This document shows positions 37,577-47,788 of a stretch of 64,000 nucleotides of DNA, piece after piece. Within the stretch, counting starts at the first letter, position 1. The number at the start of each line of letters is the position of its first letter. The notes under the pieces were generated by a model. The model was given only the letters and a program-made list of their open reading frames with translations, was not told where the DNA came from and made no database searches. Source of the DNA: a bacterium (GTDB taxonomy: Bacteria; Patescibacteriota; Patescibacteriia; JAACEG01; JAGUWE01). The stretch is from NCBI GenBank assembly GCA_043798995.1, contig JAZDOD010000004.1:47860-111859 (forward strand), given 5' to 3'. The position numbers and the translations under genes are program-made.

Positions 37577-39280
37577 TTACTTCCCAATCTCTATAGTCTC
37601 TATTTTACGCCAGGGGAGTTTGCGTGAAAGCGTCTGGTAAAAATTAATCATTTCCTCGGATTTTAACCACAAAGCCGCATAGGCAAAAACCGCTACGCCC
37701 AAAATACTGGCCAAACTAAACTGCAAAAACACTCCCCCAAAAGTATTAACACTAAATAAATAATTAGCCAAATGTTTCATCAACTGAATAACCGCGGCCA
37801 TAGCCGCTGAAGCCAGAAAAATCTTACTAATTGATGAATAGATTTTCCGACCGTCAAGCCGGCCTAATTTTCGCCAAAGCAAATAAATCAAAAACAAAAA
37901 ATTTAAAATACTAGCTAAAGAAAAAGCCAAAGCCAATCCTATCACCCTTATATCCATAATATCCCCTATTCTTAAGACAAAACCTAAAAAATCTTTTAAA
38001 AAACCGGCTTCAAGCCAGCGGACAAACAAAACACTAAAAATAATATTAATGAAAATTGTAGCAAAACTTATTAAAACCGGTCTGATAGTATCCTGTTTAG
38101 CATAAAAAGCCCGGGCAATCAAGGGTACTAGACTCTGGGAAAAAAGACTTAAAGCCAAGAGCCCCAAACAAGCTGCGGCCAAGCGGGTGTTATACCAATT
38201 AAAAAGCTGTGTTCCCAAAACCAAACGAATAATTTGAGCGCGTAAAAAATAAAGAATAACCGTGGACGGAATGACAAAAAATAAAATCTGGCGAAAGGTT
38301 TGGGAAAAATGTTTAATAAACGAATCCTTATCAGCGCCGGAAGCAAGTAAAGAAAGCGAAGGAAAAGCGGCCATAGCATAAGATATACCAACAACTCCCA
38401 CGACTAAACTGGCTAGATTATTAACCTGATTCAAAATTGTAATACTGCCAAAAGCCAAAGTTGAACCTATAATTGAACCAACGAGAAGCGCTACTTGCGA
38501 GGTATCAATGCCGAAAATTCGCGGCAAAAATAATTTGCCAATTTTCCGGATGGCAGGATGAGATAAATTCAAACTAAACCGATAACGATAGCCAATTTTA
38601 AAAATTAAAGGCAGTTGACAGCTAAGATGTAAAATTGCGCCGATAATTACGCCATAGACCAAACCCTTAAGACCAAATTTTTTTGACAAAACTATTGCGC
38701 CGAAAATTATGCCCAGATTATAAAGCACCGGCGCCAAAGAAACTAAAAAAAATCTTTTGGTGGCGTTTAAAACCGAAGAAAAAATAGAGCTTAAACTGAA
38801 AATAAACGGCGAAAGCATTAATAATCTGGCAAGTTCAATTGTGACTTTCTTTTTTTCCGGAGAAAAGCCCAGGGCAATAAAATCAATTAATTTCGGCGTG
38901 AAAATAAAACCTAAAAAACTCAGAAGCCCCATTATTAAAATGGTCAAATTTAAAACTGAATTGGTAATCTGCCAGGGTTCTGAATCGGAAGGAATATAAT
39001 TTAAATTTTGCGAAGTTTCTTTTTCTTTCTTTTTTGTTAAATATTCAGTAAAAATCGGAATAAACGCAGCGGATAAGGTTCCTAAAATCAAAAGATTATA
39101 AACAAAATTAGGGATCTGAAAAGCGGCGTAATAGCAATCAAGCTGCGAGGGTGTAAAAACGCTGTTGATGATTCTTTCGCGGATAACGCCTAAAAACCGG
39201 CTGGCCAAACTGGCCGTCGCAATCACCACCGCGGCGGCAGTAATAGTTTTTGATTGTCCGTTGAGAAGATTTTTCAGCAT
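37577..39280 (-). CDS. murJ: lipid II flippase MurJ (MviN)
   Basis: SRFLG..RE, AAFQIPN, AAFIP, RAFYA..DT..P. Confidence 0.9.
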   Translation of the reverse strand: MLKNLLNGQSKTITAAAVVIATASLASRFLGVIRERIINSVFTPSQLDCYYAAFQIPNFVYNLLILGTLSAAFIPIFTEYLTKKKEKETSQNLNYIPSDSEPWQITNSVLNLTILIMGLLSFLGFIFTPKLIDFIALGFSPEKKKVTIELARLLMLSPFIFSLSSIFSSVLNATKRFFLVSLAPVLYNLGIIFGAIVLSKKFGLKGLVYGVIIGAILHLSCQLPLIFKIGYRYRFSLNLSHPAIRKIGKLFLPRIFGIDTSQVALLVGSIIGSTLAFGSITILNQVNNLASLVVGVVGISYAMAAFPSLSLLASGADKDSFIKHFSQTFRQILFFVIPSTVILYFLRAQIIRLVLGTQLFNWYNTRLAAACLGLLALSLFSQSLVPLIARAFYAKQDTIRPVLISFATIFINIIFSVLFVRWLEAGFLKDFLGFVLRIGDIMDIRVIGLALAFSLASILNFLFLIYLLWRKLGRLDGRKIYSSISKIFLASAAMAAVIQLMKHLANYLFSVNTFGGVFLQFSLASILGVAVFAYAALWLKSEEMINFYQTLSRKLPWRKIETIEIGK

Positions 39281-39284
39281 AAAT

Positions 39285-40301
39285 TCAAAATCCTAAATAC
39301 TTAATTTCTTCCTCTAACTCTATGCCAAACTTTTTCTTAACTTTTCTTTTGGCCAAATTAATAAGATAAATTACATCCTGAGCTTTAGCGCCGCCTAAAT
39401 TAACTATAAAGTTAGCGTGCTTTTCAGCAATCTGGGCTTGGCTCTGCTTTTTACCGCGAAGACCGACTTTTTCTATCAAATAACCGGCCGGGAATTTTCC
39501 GCCTTTGATTTTCTCCTCGGGAATAGTTCTAAGAATGTTTTTATTTTTTAAGCTGGCAATTTCAATATTTTTAAAAACACTGCCGGCTGAAAATTCTAAG
39601 GGTTGGGCTTTTTTCCGATAATTTAAATGCTTATTAATCTTTTTTTGAATTTCAGTTTTATCCCTTTTTCTTAATCGTAATTCAACTGAAAGAATAATTA
39701 AATCTTTATTATACTTAAAAATACTATTTCTGTAACCAAATTCGCAATCTTTATTTATTAAACTTTTAACTTTTGATTTGTAATTTTGACTTTTGACTTT
39801 TGACTTTTGACTTTTTATTGGCAAGGTATCTAAAACTTTAACCGATTCTACAATATCCGCCATTGATTGTCCAAAAGCACCAGCGTTACCTACAACCGCT
39901 CCTCCAACCGTGCCCGGAATCCCAGCGGCCCACTCTATGCCGGTTAGATTATTCTTGATTGTTTCCGCTACTAACCTACTGAGTAAAACCCCGGCGTCGG
40001 CTTCAATAACTTTTAAATTTTGAATTAAACTTTTAACTTTTAACTTTTGACTTAAACTTTTGACTTTTATCCGCCAGCTGGCGGATTTAATTTTTATAAT
40101 AAGTCCGCCGTATCCCTTATCGCTCACCAGCAAATTGCTTCCACCACCAAAAATAAAATAAGACACTTTGTTTTCTTTCGCCCATTTTATAGCTTTCGCT
40201 AAATCATTGGCATTTTGGGCCGCAAAAAAATATTTGGCTGGCCCGCCAATTTTAAAAGTAGTGTGTTTTGCCAAAGAGATATTTTTTTTAATACTAATCA
40301 T
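39285..40301 (-). CDS. murB: UDP-N-acetylmuramate dehydrogenase with two repeat-derived insertions
   Basis: TFKIGGPA, GGGSNLL, GIPGTVGGA..NAGAFG, FGYRNS, SAGSVFKN, KHANF. Confidence 0.93.
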   Translation of the reverse strand: MISIKKNISLAKHTTFKIGGPAKYFFAAQNANDLAKAIKWAKENKVSYFIFGGGSNLLVSDKGYGGLIIKIKSASWRIKVKSLSQKLKVKSLIQNLKVIEADAGVLLSRLVAETIKNNLTGIEWAAGIPGTVGGAVVGNAGAFGQSMADIVESVKVLDTLPIKSQKSKVKSQNYKSKVKSLINKDCEFGYRNSIFKYNKDLIILSVELRLRKRDKTEIQKKINKHLNYRKKAQPLEFSAGSVFKNIEIASLKNKNILRTIPEEKIKGGKFPAGYLIEKVGLRGKKQSQAQIAEKHANFIVNLGGAKAQDVIYLINLAKRKVKKKFGIELEEEIKYLGF

Positions 40302-40863
40302 TAATTTTTTCCTTTATTTTCTTTCCTAATTTTATTAATTTTCTTCTCTCTGTTTTAGGTTCCTCATGTAATGAGTATATACTACCCATAACTTTAATGC
40401 CCATTATCTTGCAGAAATCTTTCATTACTCTTAAACAGGCAAGTGCAGATTTCGTTTCTTCTTTATGCCATTTACACTTTCCATTTTTGTCAAACTCAAG
40501 TTCGTCTTTGAAATTTCCCGTGGTGAGTAAGATCGATTTTTTTGTTTCTAATTTTTTTGAAAAATAAAACGGCAAACATCTATCCATAAAATTTTTCATC
40601 GTTCCAGAAACGTTGTTGAAATAAGTTGGGCTCCCTAAAACTATGATATCTGCTTCTGTTAATTTCTTGTATATTTTTTGCATATCGTCATTTATACTAC
40701 ATCTATAGGATTTATGACATTTTCTGCAATCAATACAGGAAAAAATTCTTTTATTTTTTAATAAAATTAATTCAGATTTTTGCCCAGTGGCATTAAGAAG
40801 CGTCCTCAGCATGTAATTAGTACTTTTATTTCTGGGACTTCCCGATATACCAATTATTCTCAT
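40294..40863 (-). CDS. iron-sulfur flavoprotein / NADPH-dependent FMN reductase family
   Basis: GSPR, CIDCRKC....C, DDMQ, GSPTYF, KNFMDR. Confidence 0.85.
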   Translation of the reverse strand: MRIIGISGSPRNKSTNYMLRTLLNATGQKSELILLKNKRIFSCIDCRKCHKSYRCSINDDMQKIYKKLTEADIIVLGSPTYFNNVSGTMKNFMDRCLPFYFSKKLETKKSILLTTGNFKDELEFDKNGKCKWHKEETKSALACLRVMKDFCKIMGIKVMGSIYSLHEEPKTERRKLIKLGKKIKEKIND

Positions 40864-40911
40864 AAAATTTATTTATTTAAAATTTTTAAATTTAAAATGA
40901 GTTCCAAATTT

Positions 40912-40927
40912 TTACAGTATACTGTAA
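40912..40927. promoter_or_regulatory. 16-bp palindrome, candidate operator or junction site
   Basis: TTACAGTATACTGTAA, identical to the core of the palindrome at 41369-41410. Confidence 0.6.
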
Positions 40928-40930
40928 TAG

Positions 40931-41359
40931 TTATTTTTTATTTGTCAGGTTAAATAATAAAAAATGAAGTGGATATTTTTTCTTAAGCCAGTCAACGGAA
41001 AATGGTAAATTACTCCTTGCCCTTATTTGCTTTTCTTCCGGATATTTCTTTTTATATTTCTTAATTATTTCCTTATAACCACCAAAACCATAACGAAGCC
41101 AGCGATCGACTTGGCGAATTGTGGAAAAACCAACACCCAATTTTTTTCTTATATCTTTGTAGAAATAACCTTCTAAAAGCATTTTGGCTACCTGAATCCG
41201 CCGTGAAATCATAACTACTTCACTAAGCGTTAAAAGATCTTTAAAAAATCTTTTTACCTCGTCCCTACTTTTCAATAAACTTACCATTGAATAAAATTCT
41301 CCGAGATATATTTTTCTTTCGGTTTGAGAAAGATTTCTATATTTTACTTTACCAGCCAT
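40931..41359 (-). CDS. YerC/YecD TrpR-related protein
   Basis: FFKDLLT.SE..MISRR.QVAKML..G..Y..I...LGVGFSTI.QV.RWL.YG.GGY. Confidence 0.85.
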   Translation of the reverse strand: MAGKVKYRNLSQTERKIYLGEFYSMVSLLKSRDEVKRFFKDLLTLSEVVMISRRIQVAKMLLEGYFYKDIRKKLGVGFSTIRQVDRWLRYGFGGYKEIIKKYKKKYPEEKQIRARSNLPFSVDWLKKKYPLHFLLFNLTNKK

Positions 41360-41368
41360 AAAATTAGT

Positions 41369-41410
41369 TCCAATCCCCAGATTACAGTATACTGTAATCT
41401 GGGGATTGGA
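41369..41410. promoter_or_regulatory. perfect 42-bp palindrome upstream of the TrpR-like gene
   Basis: TCCAATCCCCAGATTACAGTA|TACTGTAATCTGGGGATTGGA. Confidence 0.7.
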
Positions 41411-41532
41411 GCAAATCGAAAATTTTGATTTATTTTGTAAGTTTTATGGGTTCTTTGGCATTAATAACAGCGTGAGCGCGGTCATCATTGTTAAAATAGA
41501 TATAAACTGGCAGATTCTTTTTTGCCATTTTT

Positions 41533-42909
41533 TTATTTTTTGGCTAACAACTTCTCTCCTACTTTCCAAACATCCCCTGCGCCCATGGTGACCACCAAAT
41601 CGCCTTGAGTTAATTTTGGCGCCAAATAATCAGATACTTCTTCAATCGTCGGAATATAAATTACATCGCGATGATATTTTTTTGTCTCTCTGACCAAATC
41701 GCGCGAATGAACTATGCCCGACGATTTTTCCCGGGCCGAGCCATAAATATCCAAAACAATCACTTTGTCCGCCTCGGTAAAAGAACGGGCAAACTCGCGA
41801 AGCAAGGCCTTAGTTCTGGAAAAAGTATGAGGATGAAAAACACACCAAATTTTTTTATCGCGATAAAATTGCCGGATAGCTTCTAAAGTCACTTTAATCT
41901 CGGTCGGATGATGGGCATAATCATCAAAAATCAAAGCATTGTGATAACTGCCCATTTTTTCCAAGCGCCGCGAAGTGCCGAAAAAGTTGGCGACTGCTTT
42001 CTGCATGTCCCCGATGTTTATCTTTAAATAATTAGCTAAGGCAATGGCAGCCAAGGAGTTGGCAATATTGAATTCGCCCGGTAAAGCTAAGCTAAAATCA
42101 GCTAATTTTTTTTTGGCCGAAAAAATTCTAAAATTCTGTTTGTTTCGTTTAGATCCAAGTTTTTCATAATAATAATCGGCTTGAGGCGATTTACCGTAGG
42201 TAATCACGCGGCAAGGCGCTTTTTGAGCAATGGCTAAAACGCTTTTATAATCATAATTAGCAATGAGCAAACCGTCTTCGGGCAATTTTGCGACAAAATT
42301 CTCAAAAACTTTTTTATAGGCCCTTAGATTTTCAAAATAATCAGGATGGTCAAACTCAATTGCAGTTAAAATAATGATTTTAGGCGTAAAATATTTTAAT
42401 TTATTCTGGTATTCATCAACCTCGGCCACAAAATACTGACTTTTGCCCACGCGAGCATTGGCCTGCCAGGCCAAAACCAGGGAACCAACCAAAACAGTCG
42501 GATCAAGGCCAGCTTTTTCCAAAATTTGACCGGCTAAAGCTGTGGTTGTGGTTTTGCCGTGAGTGCCGCAAATAGCAATGCCAAATTTATCATTAAAAAC
42601 TAAAGCTAAGGCCTCGGGGTAAGTCAATATTTTTAGCCCCGACTCTTTGGCTTTTTCCAATTCAACATTATTTTCAAGCTGGCTGGTAGTGACGACTATT
42701 AAATCAATATCGGCTGTAATATGATCTTTATTATAAATTTCAAAATATTTTATGCCAAGCCGTTTCAAAACTTCATCGGTCATAAATTTTTCTTCGGTAT
42801 CAGAACCGGTAATATTCAATCCTTGGGCTTGAAAAATCTGAGCTAAGGCCGTCATACCCACGCCTTTGATGCCGATAAAATAAACTTTTTTAAAATCTTT
42901 TAGATTCAT
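41533..42909 (-). CDS. murC: UDP-N-acetylmuramate--L-alanine ligase
   Basis: FIGIKGVGM, GTHGKTTT, EFDHPD, DDYAHHPTE, PHTFSRT, MGAGD. Confidence 0.95.
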   Translation of the reverse strand: MNLKDFKKVYFIGIKGVGMTALAQIFQAQGLNITGSDTEEKFMTDEVLKRLGIKYFEIYNKDHITADIDLIVVTTSQLENNVELEKAKESGLKILTYPEALALVFNDKFGIAICGTHGKTTTTALAGQILEKAGLDPTVLVGSLVLAWQANARVGKSQYFVAEVDEYQNKLKYFTPKIIILTAIEFDHPDYFENLRAYKKVFENFVAKLPEDGLLIANYDYKSVLAIAQKAPCRVITYGKSPQADYYYEKLGSKRNKQNFRIFSAKKKLADFSLALPGEFNIANSLAAIALANYLKINIGDMQKAVANFFGTSRRLEKMGSYHNALIFDDYAHHPTEIKVTLEAIRQFYRDKKIWCVFHPHTFSRTKALLREFARSFTEADKVIVLDIYGSAREKSSGIVHSRDLVRETKKYHRDVIYIPTIEEVSDYLAPKLTQGDLVVTMGAGDVWKVGEKLLAKK

Positions 42910-42911
42910 AA

Positions 42912-44006
42912 TTAAACTCTGCCGTGTTTAATTTTAAATATAAGGTCAATGATTTGCGAGGCGGCGTGCTTTTTCATCGCTTGAGCAATGTTTTGCGAAA
43001 GTTCTGCCTGAAGATTTTCGTCTGATAAAAGTTTTTCTATTTCTGAAAATAAAATTTCTGCGGTCAGATTTTTCTGATCTAAAACTAAAACCGCTTTTTT
43101 ACTTTTTAAATAATCGGCATTGTCTTCCTGGTGGGTATTGGGCAAAGGAATTAAAATAAGAGGTTTGGCCAGATTGGCAAGCTCGGTCAAGGCGCCAAGG
43201 CCGGCGCGGCAAACAACAATAGAACTCGCCGCATAAGCATCTTTCAATTCATTTGTCAGAAATTCATATTGATGATAGCGGCTGGCGAGAGAATTATTCG
43301 GCCATTTAATTTCAACTGATTTACCCTGGCCTGTCAAATGAATAATCTGGCAAAAAGAAGCAAGCTCCGGCACGATTTGGGCAATTAGTTGATTCAAACT
43401 TTTGGCGCCGGTACCGCCACCCATAAACAAAGCGGTGGCTAAATCTTTTTCCAAGCCAAAATTTGTTTCGGCGCGAGCTCTGTCGCCTCTAAAAATTTCG
43501 GCTCTCGTTGGATTACCTGTCCAAACGACTTTCTCGCGCGGGAAATCACTAATTGATTTTTCAAAAGTAACGGTAATTTTGGTGGCACAAAAACTTGTCA
43601 AACGATTAGCTAAACTCGGCCGCAAATCTTGCTGATGAATTATAATTGGCCTGCCCAAAAGCCAGCCCGCCCAGACTACCGGCACTGAAATAAAACTGCC
43701 GGCTGACAAAACAATGTCAGGTTTAAATCTGAAAACCACAATTAAAGATTGAAAAAAACCTAAAACAATAAAAAACGGATCAATAAAATTCCGCAAACTG
43801 AAATAACGCCGCAGTTTCCCGTTAAAAATCGGCTTAAATCTGATGTTTTGTTCTTTAACTAATTCCTTCTCAATTCCGCGTCTTGTTCCCAGCCAATAAA
43901 ATTCAAATTCCTGGGTTGGCGAAGACCGGCTTTTCAGCGCCTCAACAATTGCCAAAAGCGGTGTCACTGACCCCAAAGTTCCCCCTCCGCTTAATAAAAT
44001 TTTCAT
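42912..44006 (-). CDS. murG: undecaprenyl-PP-MurNAc-pentapeptide GlcNAc transferase
   Basis: SGGGTLG, GKLRRY, HQQD, TGNP, GGGTGA, RAG, HQEDNA. Confidence 0.93.
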   Translation of the reverse strand: MKILLSGGGTLGSVTPLLAIVEALKSRSSPTQEFEFYWLGTRRGIEKELVKEQNIRFKPIFNGKLRRYFSLRNFIDPFFIVLGFFQSLIVVFRFKPDIVLSAGSFISVPVVWAGWLLGRPIIIHQQDLRPSLANRLTSFCATKITVTFEKSISDFPREKVVWTGNPTRAEIFRGDRARAETNFGLEKDLATALFMGGGTGAKSLNQLIAQIVPELASFCQIIHLTGQGKSVEIKWPNNSLASRYHQYEFLTNELKDAYAASSIVVCRAGLGALTELANLAKPLILIPLPNTHQEDNADYLKSKKAVLVLDQKNLTAEILFSEIEKLLSDENLQAELSQNIAQAMKKHAASQIIDLIFKIKHGRV

Positions 44007-44098
44007 ATATTTATCTAATTAAAGTATAGCTAATTTAAAAGAAAAAAGAAAACCGTAATTTGGCTTTCTCTTGCTAATTAAATTTAACCGATTTTCCT

Positions 44099-45238
44099 TT
44101 AATTGTAAATCATTGAACAAAAAATTCCCAAAAGAAAAATACCGATTAAAGAATAAATAAAAACTTTGGGCAATTTTAAATTATACTCCGGTTTTTTATC
44201 ACCATGTTTTTTGGCTTTAAGATAAATCAAAACAACGGCAATGCCATCAATACCTCCCATTATCGCGCCGACCAGAGCAATGATTTTAATAAAGTTGGCA
44301 AAACCGGCTAAAAATAAAAGCAGCGGCACAAAACAAGCCAAAAGCCAGGCTGTCAAATTTGTCAAATGATAATCATAAATAAAAGTTTCTTTAAGATGTA
44401 AGGCAATCACTAAAAAAGAAGTCGCTATTGCCAAAAAACCAAAAAGCGAACCAATTAAAACCATGCCATCGCCGAGTTTATTTTTTAAACCAGTAAGAGC
44501 TTCAGGCGAGGTTCCTCCGCCGGTAATGCCGATGACAACCAAAGTAAATAACAGATAAATGGCAAGCGGGATTAGCGTGCCTAAAATAATTGTTTTTTTG
44601 AAAAGTTTTTGCTTTCTTTTTAAAATTGATTTTAATTCCGGAATGGCAATAGCGCCATTAAGAGCAAAAAAAATAACGCCATATGGCAAAAAAACATCTT
44701 TTAATTTAATCGCCTGATAATTAACAGAATGAATTTTTGTTAATCCTAAAAATAAAATAATAACAATGGTAACAAGAAGAAGGGCGGTCAGGTAAAATTC
44801 ACTTTTCTTAATGGTCTTTAGGCCAAAATAAACTAAAATTGCCACGACGGCAAAAAAAATCAAACTATAAAAAAATGAATTGTTAATTAAAAATCCGCTA
44901 AAAATATTATTAAGAAACTCTCCGCCCAAAATTATGTAAACAATAGAAGAGCCATAAAGACCAAAGAGCGCCGAAAGAGTTAAAACCATTTTGGCCGGTT
45001 CGCCCAAATATTTTTCCCCGTAACCAACTAGGCGGTGAGTTTTTTCAGTCCGCAACACTACCTCGCCGTAAAGAAGGTGAATAATTATCATAATGAATCC
45101 TAAAACTAAAAGATAAACCAGGCCCAAAAAAATTCCGGATTGATAAATAGCGTAAGGCAGGCCAAAAATACCGGCGCCAATAATAGTGCCGATAAGAGTA
45201 GAAAGAGCGAAATAAAAGTTTTTGTTATAAATTCTCAT
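44099..45238 (-). CDS. aromatic amino acid permease family transporter
   Basis: IGTIIGAGIFGLPY, PYGVIFFA, AIATSFL; about 11 TM helices. Confidence 0.82.
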   Translation of the reverse strand: MRIYNKNFYFALSTLIGTIIGAGIFGLPYAIYQSGIFLGLVYLLVLGFIMIIIHLLYGEVVLRTEKTHRLVGYGEKYLGEPAKMVLTLSALFGLYGSSIVYIILGGEFLNNIFSGFLINNSFFYSLIFFAVVAILVYFGLKTIKKSEFYLTALLLVTIVIILFLGLTKIHSVNYQAIKLKDVFLPYGVIFFALNGAIAIPELKSILKRKQKLFKKTIILGTLIPLAIYLLFTLVVIGITGGGTSPEALTGLKNKLGDGMVLIGSLFGFLAIATSFLVIALHLKETFIYDYHLTNLTAWLLACFVPLLLFLAGFANFIKIIALVGAIMGGIDGIAVVLIYLKAKKHGDKKPEYNLKLPKVFIYSLIGIFLLGIFCSMIYN

Positions 45239-45279
45239 TTTATAATTGTTATTTTAACCCTTAATCTTTTGTTGGGCTA

Positions 45280-46539
45280 CTACGTTCTTAACGCCTGTAT
45301 CGGATCAAGTCGCGCGGCGCGGCGAGCAGGTATTACACCAAAAAAAATACCAAAAAATCCGGAAAACCCTAAAGCTATTATAATGGATTTTAAAGTAATA
45401 ATAAACCCCCAGCCCGGCATGCCGTGAGTTACAGCAAACCGATAAATTAAAAATGAAATGGCGATCCCCAAAATTATGCCGGCAATTCCGCCAATAACGG
45501 TTAAAACAACCGACTCAACTAAAAATTGTTTTAAAATATCAGAATGGGAAGCGCCGACCGCCTTGCGCAGTCCTATTTCCTTTGTCCTTTCGGTTACAGT
45601 GACATACATCACGTTCATAATCCCCACTCCCCCAACTATCAAGGAAATCCCAACCAAAGCCAAAAGCAGTAAGGTAATTGCTCCGGTTACCGTTTCTAAA
45701 ATTTCTATTGCTTCGGCAATAGTAGTGACGGTAAAATCATCTTTATCCGGATCGGTGATATTATGATTTTCTCTGACAATCGTTTCCATTTGCTTTATTG
45801 TCAGCGGAACTTCTTCTTTGTCTTTGTATTGAGAAATAATGTGCAAAATATGTTCAACCCCTAAAATTTTCTTTTGCAAAGTTCTGACCGGTATATAAGC
45901 TTGGTCATCTAAATTATAAAAAGCCATTGACCCCTTTTTTTCCATCACGCCAATAACTTTAAAATTCTTTTTCTGGATTTTTACTTCCTTGCCTAGTGGG
46001 TCGCTCTCGCCGAATAAACCTTGTTTTAATTCCGAGCCTAAGACGACTACTTGGGTCAAACCCTTGTCTTCAGCTTCGGTAAAAAATCTACCTTGGGCAA
46101 TTTTGCCCTTGTCAATTTCCATATAAGAAGCGGTGGTGCCGTATAAAAGAGCTTTTTTTAGATTATTCTGATAACTAATTGGCTCCTGAGCTAAAATTCC
46201 CGCATAAGATTTTCTGATATTAGGCAGTTTGTCAACATCTTCCATATCTTTAAGTTTTAAAGTCGTAACTTGCACTCCCTGCGCCATAGCTACTCCTGAT
46301 TGCTGTTGCGATTGAGTTTTGTTTTTAACTGTATTTGGAACTTTAATTTCTGTTTCAATAATATTAGTGCCAAAAACATCTAACTGACCTAAAATTAATC
46401 CCTTAATACTTTCACCGGCTGACATCACAATAATTACCGAGGCAATGCCAATAATAATACCGAGAGTAGTTAGAGCAGTTCTAACTTTATTAACTCGTAA
46501 ATTATGAAATGATAATTTAGCGACTTTTGTGATATTCAT
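45280..46539 (-). CDS. MacB-like ABC transporter permease
   Basis: LTTLGIIIG, VGGVGIMNVM, ERTKEIGLRKAVGA, PARRAARLDPI. Confidence 0.9.
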   Translation of the reverse strand: MNITKVAKLSFHNLRVNKVRTALTTLGIIIGIASVIIVMSAGESIKGLILGQLDVFGTNIIETEIKVPNTVKNKTQSQQQSGVAMAQGVQVTTLKLKDMEDVDKLPNIRKSYAGILAQEPISYQNNLKKALLYGTTASYMEIDKGKIAQGRFFTEAEDKGLTQVVVLGSELKQGLFGESDPLGKEVKIQKKNFKVIGVMEKKGSMAFYNLDDQAYIPVRTLQKKILGVEHILHIISQYKDKEEVPLTIKQMETIVRENHNITDPDKDDFTVTTIAEAIEILETVTGAITLLLLALVGISLIVGGVGIMNVMYVTVTERTKEIGLRKAVGASHSDILKQFLVESVVLTVIGGIAGIILGIAISFLIYRFAVTHGMPGWGFIITLKSIIIALGFSGFFGIFFGVIPARRAARLDPIQALRT

Positions 46540-46542
46540 ATT

Positions 46543-47784
46543 TTATTCGTACCTCAACGCCTCTATGGGATGAAGCTTGGAAGCTTTGGCCGCCGGATAT
46601 AAACCAAAAACCAAACCCACGGCAAAAGAAATTGTTAAAGCTAAAATTATGGAAAGGGACGAAATAATAAAATCCCAATCATAACCTAAAACATGAGCTC
46701 CGGCAGCAATTAAAAAAGATATTAATACACCGACAATAACGCCGATTAAACCGCCTAAACCGGTAATGGTGATTGCTTCAATTAAAAATTGATTTAAAAT
46801 ATTTTGGTTGTTAGCGCCGACTGCCTTGCGCAACCCTATTTCTCGCGTTCGCTCAGTTACGGCTATCAACATTATATTCATAATACCTATGCCGCCGACA
46901 ATCAATGAAATGGCGGCTATCGCCGCTAAAAAATAAGTTAGAGCATTGGTGACTTGAGTTAAAACATCCAGCGCCTGGGCAGAGGAGCGGACAGAAAAAT
47001 CGTCATTATCTGGATTGGTAATATTATGACGGGCGCGCAAAGTTTGTTCCACATTTAAAATTGCTTGATTAATATTTTCTTTAGCATCAACCTTGGCGCG
47101 AATTAAACTAACATGGTTAATGCCTAAAAGTATTTTTTGAGCTGTGGAAATTGGGACAAAAACCTGATCGTCATAATTTTGAAAAGCAACGGTTCCTCTT
47201 TTTTTCATTACCCCGATTACCTCAAACATTTCTCTTTTGATCTTAATTTTTTGGCCAACGGCATCACTCTCACCAAATAAATCTTCTTTAACCTGACTGC
47301 CCAAAACAGCAACTTTAACCAAACCTTTTTCTTCCTCTTGATTAAAAAAACGACCAACTTCAACTTCGCCATTTTCTGTTTCTAAATAACCAACCGTTGT
47401 CCCGCTGATATTTGTGTCAACGCTTCTTTCACGCCAGCTAACTGTTGCCACTCCCTTGGCATAGGCAACAACTGAAACAATGTTCGGCGCATTTTTTTTA
47501 TCGGCCAAGGCCAACGCGTCATCATAAGTCAAAGTGGTAATCACAATGCCCATAATTGAAGCCGGCGGGCCGCTTTCTTCGCTTTTACCCGGCAAAACGC
47601 CGATTAAATTAGTGCCCAAACTTTTAACCTGCGACAAAATTAAACTTTGGGCGCCGGCTCCGACTGAAATAATAATAATAACTGCGGCCACGCCGATAAT
47701 AATTCCCAGCATTGTCAAAAAACTTCTCATTTTACTGAGAAGAAGCGATTTAACTGCAGTTCGACAGCAACTGGTAAGTAACAT
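46543..47784 (-). CDS. MacB-like ABC transporter permease
   Basis: LTMLGIIIG, VGGIGIMNIM, ERTREIGLRKAVGA. Confidence 0.9.
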   Translation of the reverse strand: MLLTSCCRTAVKSLLLSKMRSFLTMLGIIIGVAAVIIIISVGAGAQSLILSQVKSLGTNLIGVLPGKSEESGPPASIMGIVITTLTYDDALALADKKNAPNIVSVVAYAKGVATVSWRERSVDTNISGTTVGYLETENGEVEVGRFFNQEEEKGLVKVAVLGSQVKEDLFGESDAVGQKIKIKREMFEVIGVMKKRGTVAFQNYDDQVFVPISTAQKILLGINHVSLIRAKVDAKENINQAILNVEQTLRARHNITNPDNDDFSVRSSAQALDVLTQVTNALTYFLAAIAAISLIVGGIGIMNIMLIAVTERTREIGLRKAVGANNQNILNQFLIEAITITGLGGLIGVIVGVLISFLIAAGAHVLGYDWDFIISSLSIILALTISFAVGLVFGLYPAAKASKLHPIEALRYE

Positions 47785-47788
47785 AAAT

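Noticed and set aside
38975-39035. Apparent short insertion in murJ (similar ones in murG and eno)
   Set aside because: No repeat or palindrome is visible in the DNA, and it cannot be told from ordinary loop variation without an alignment.
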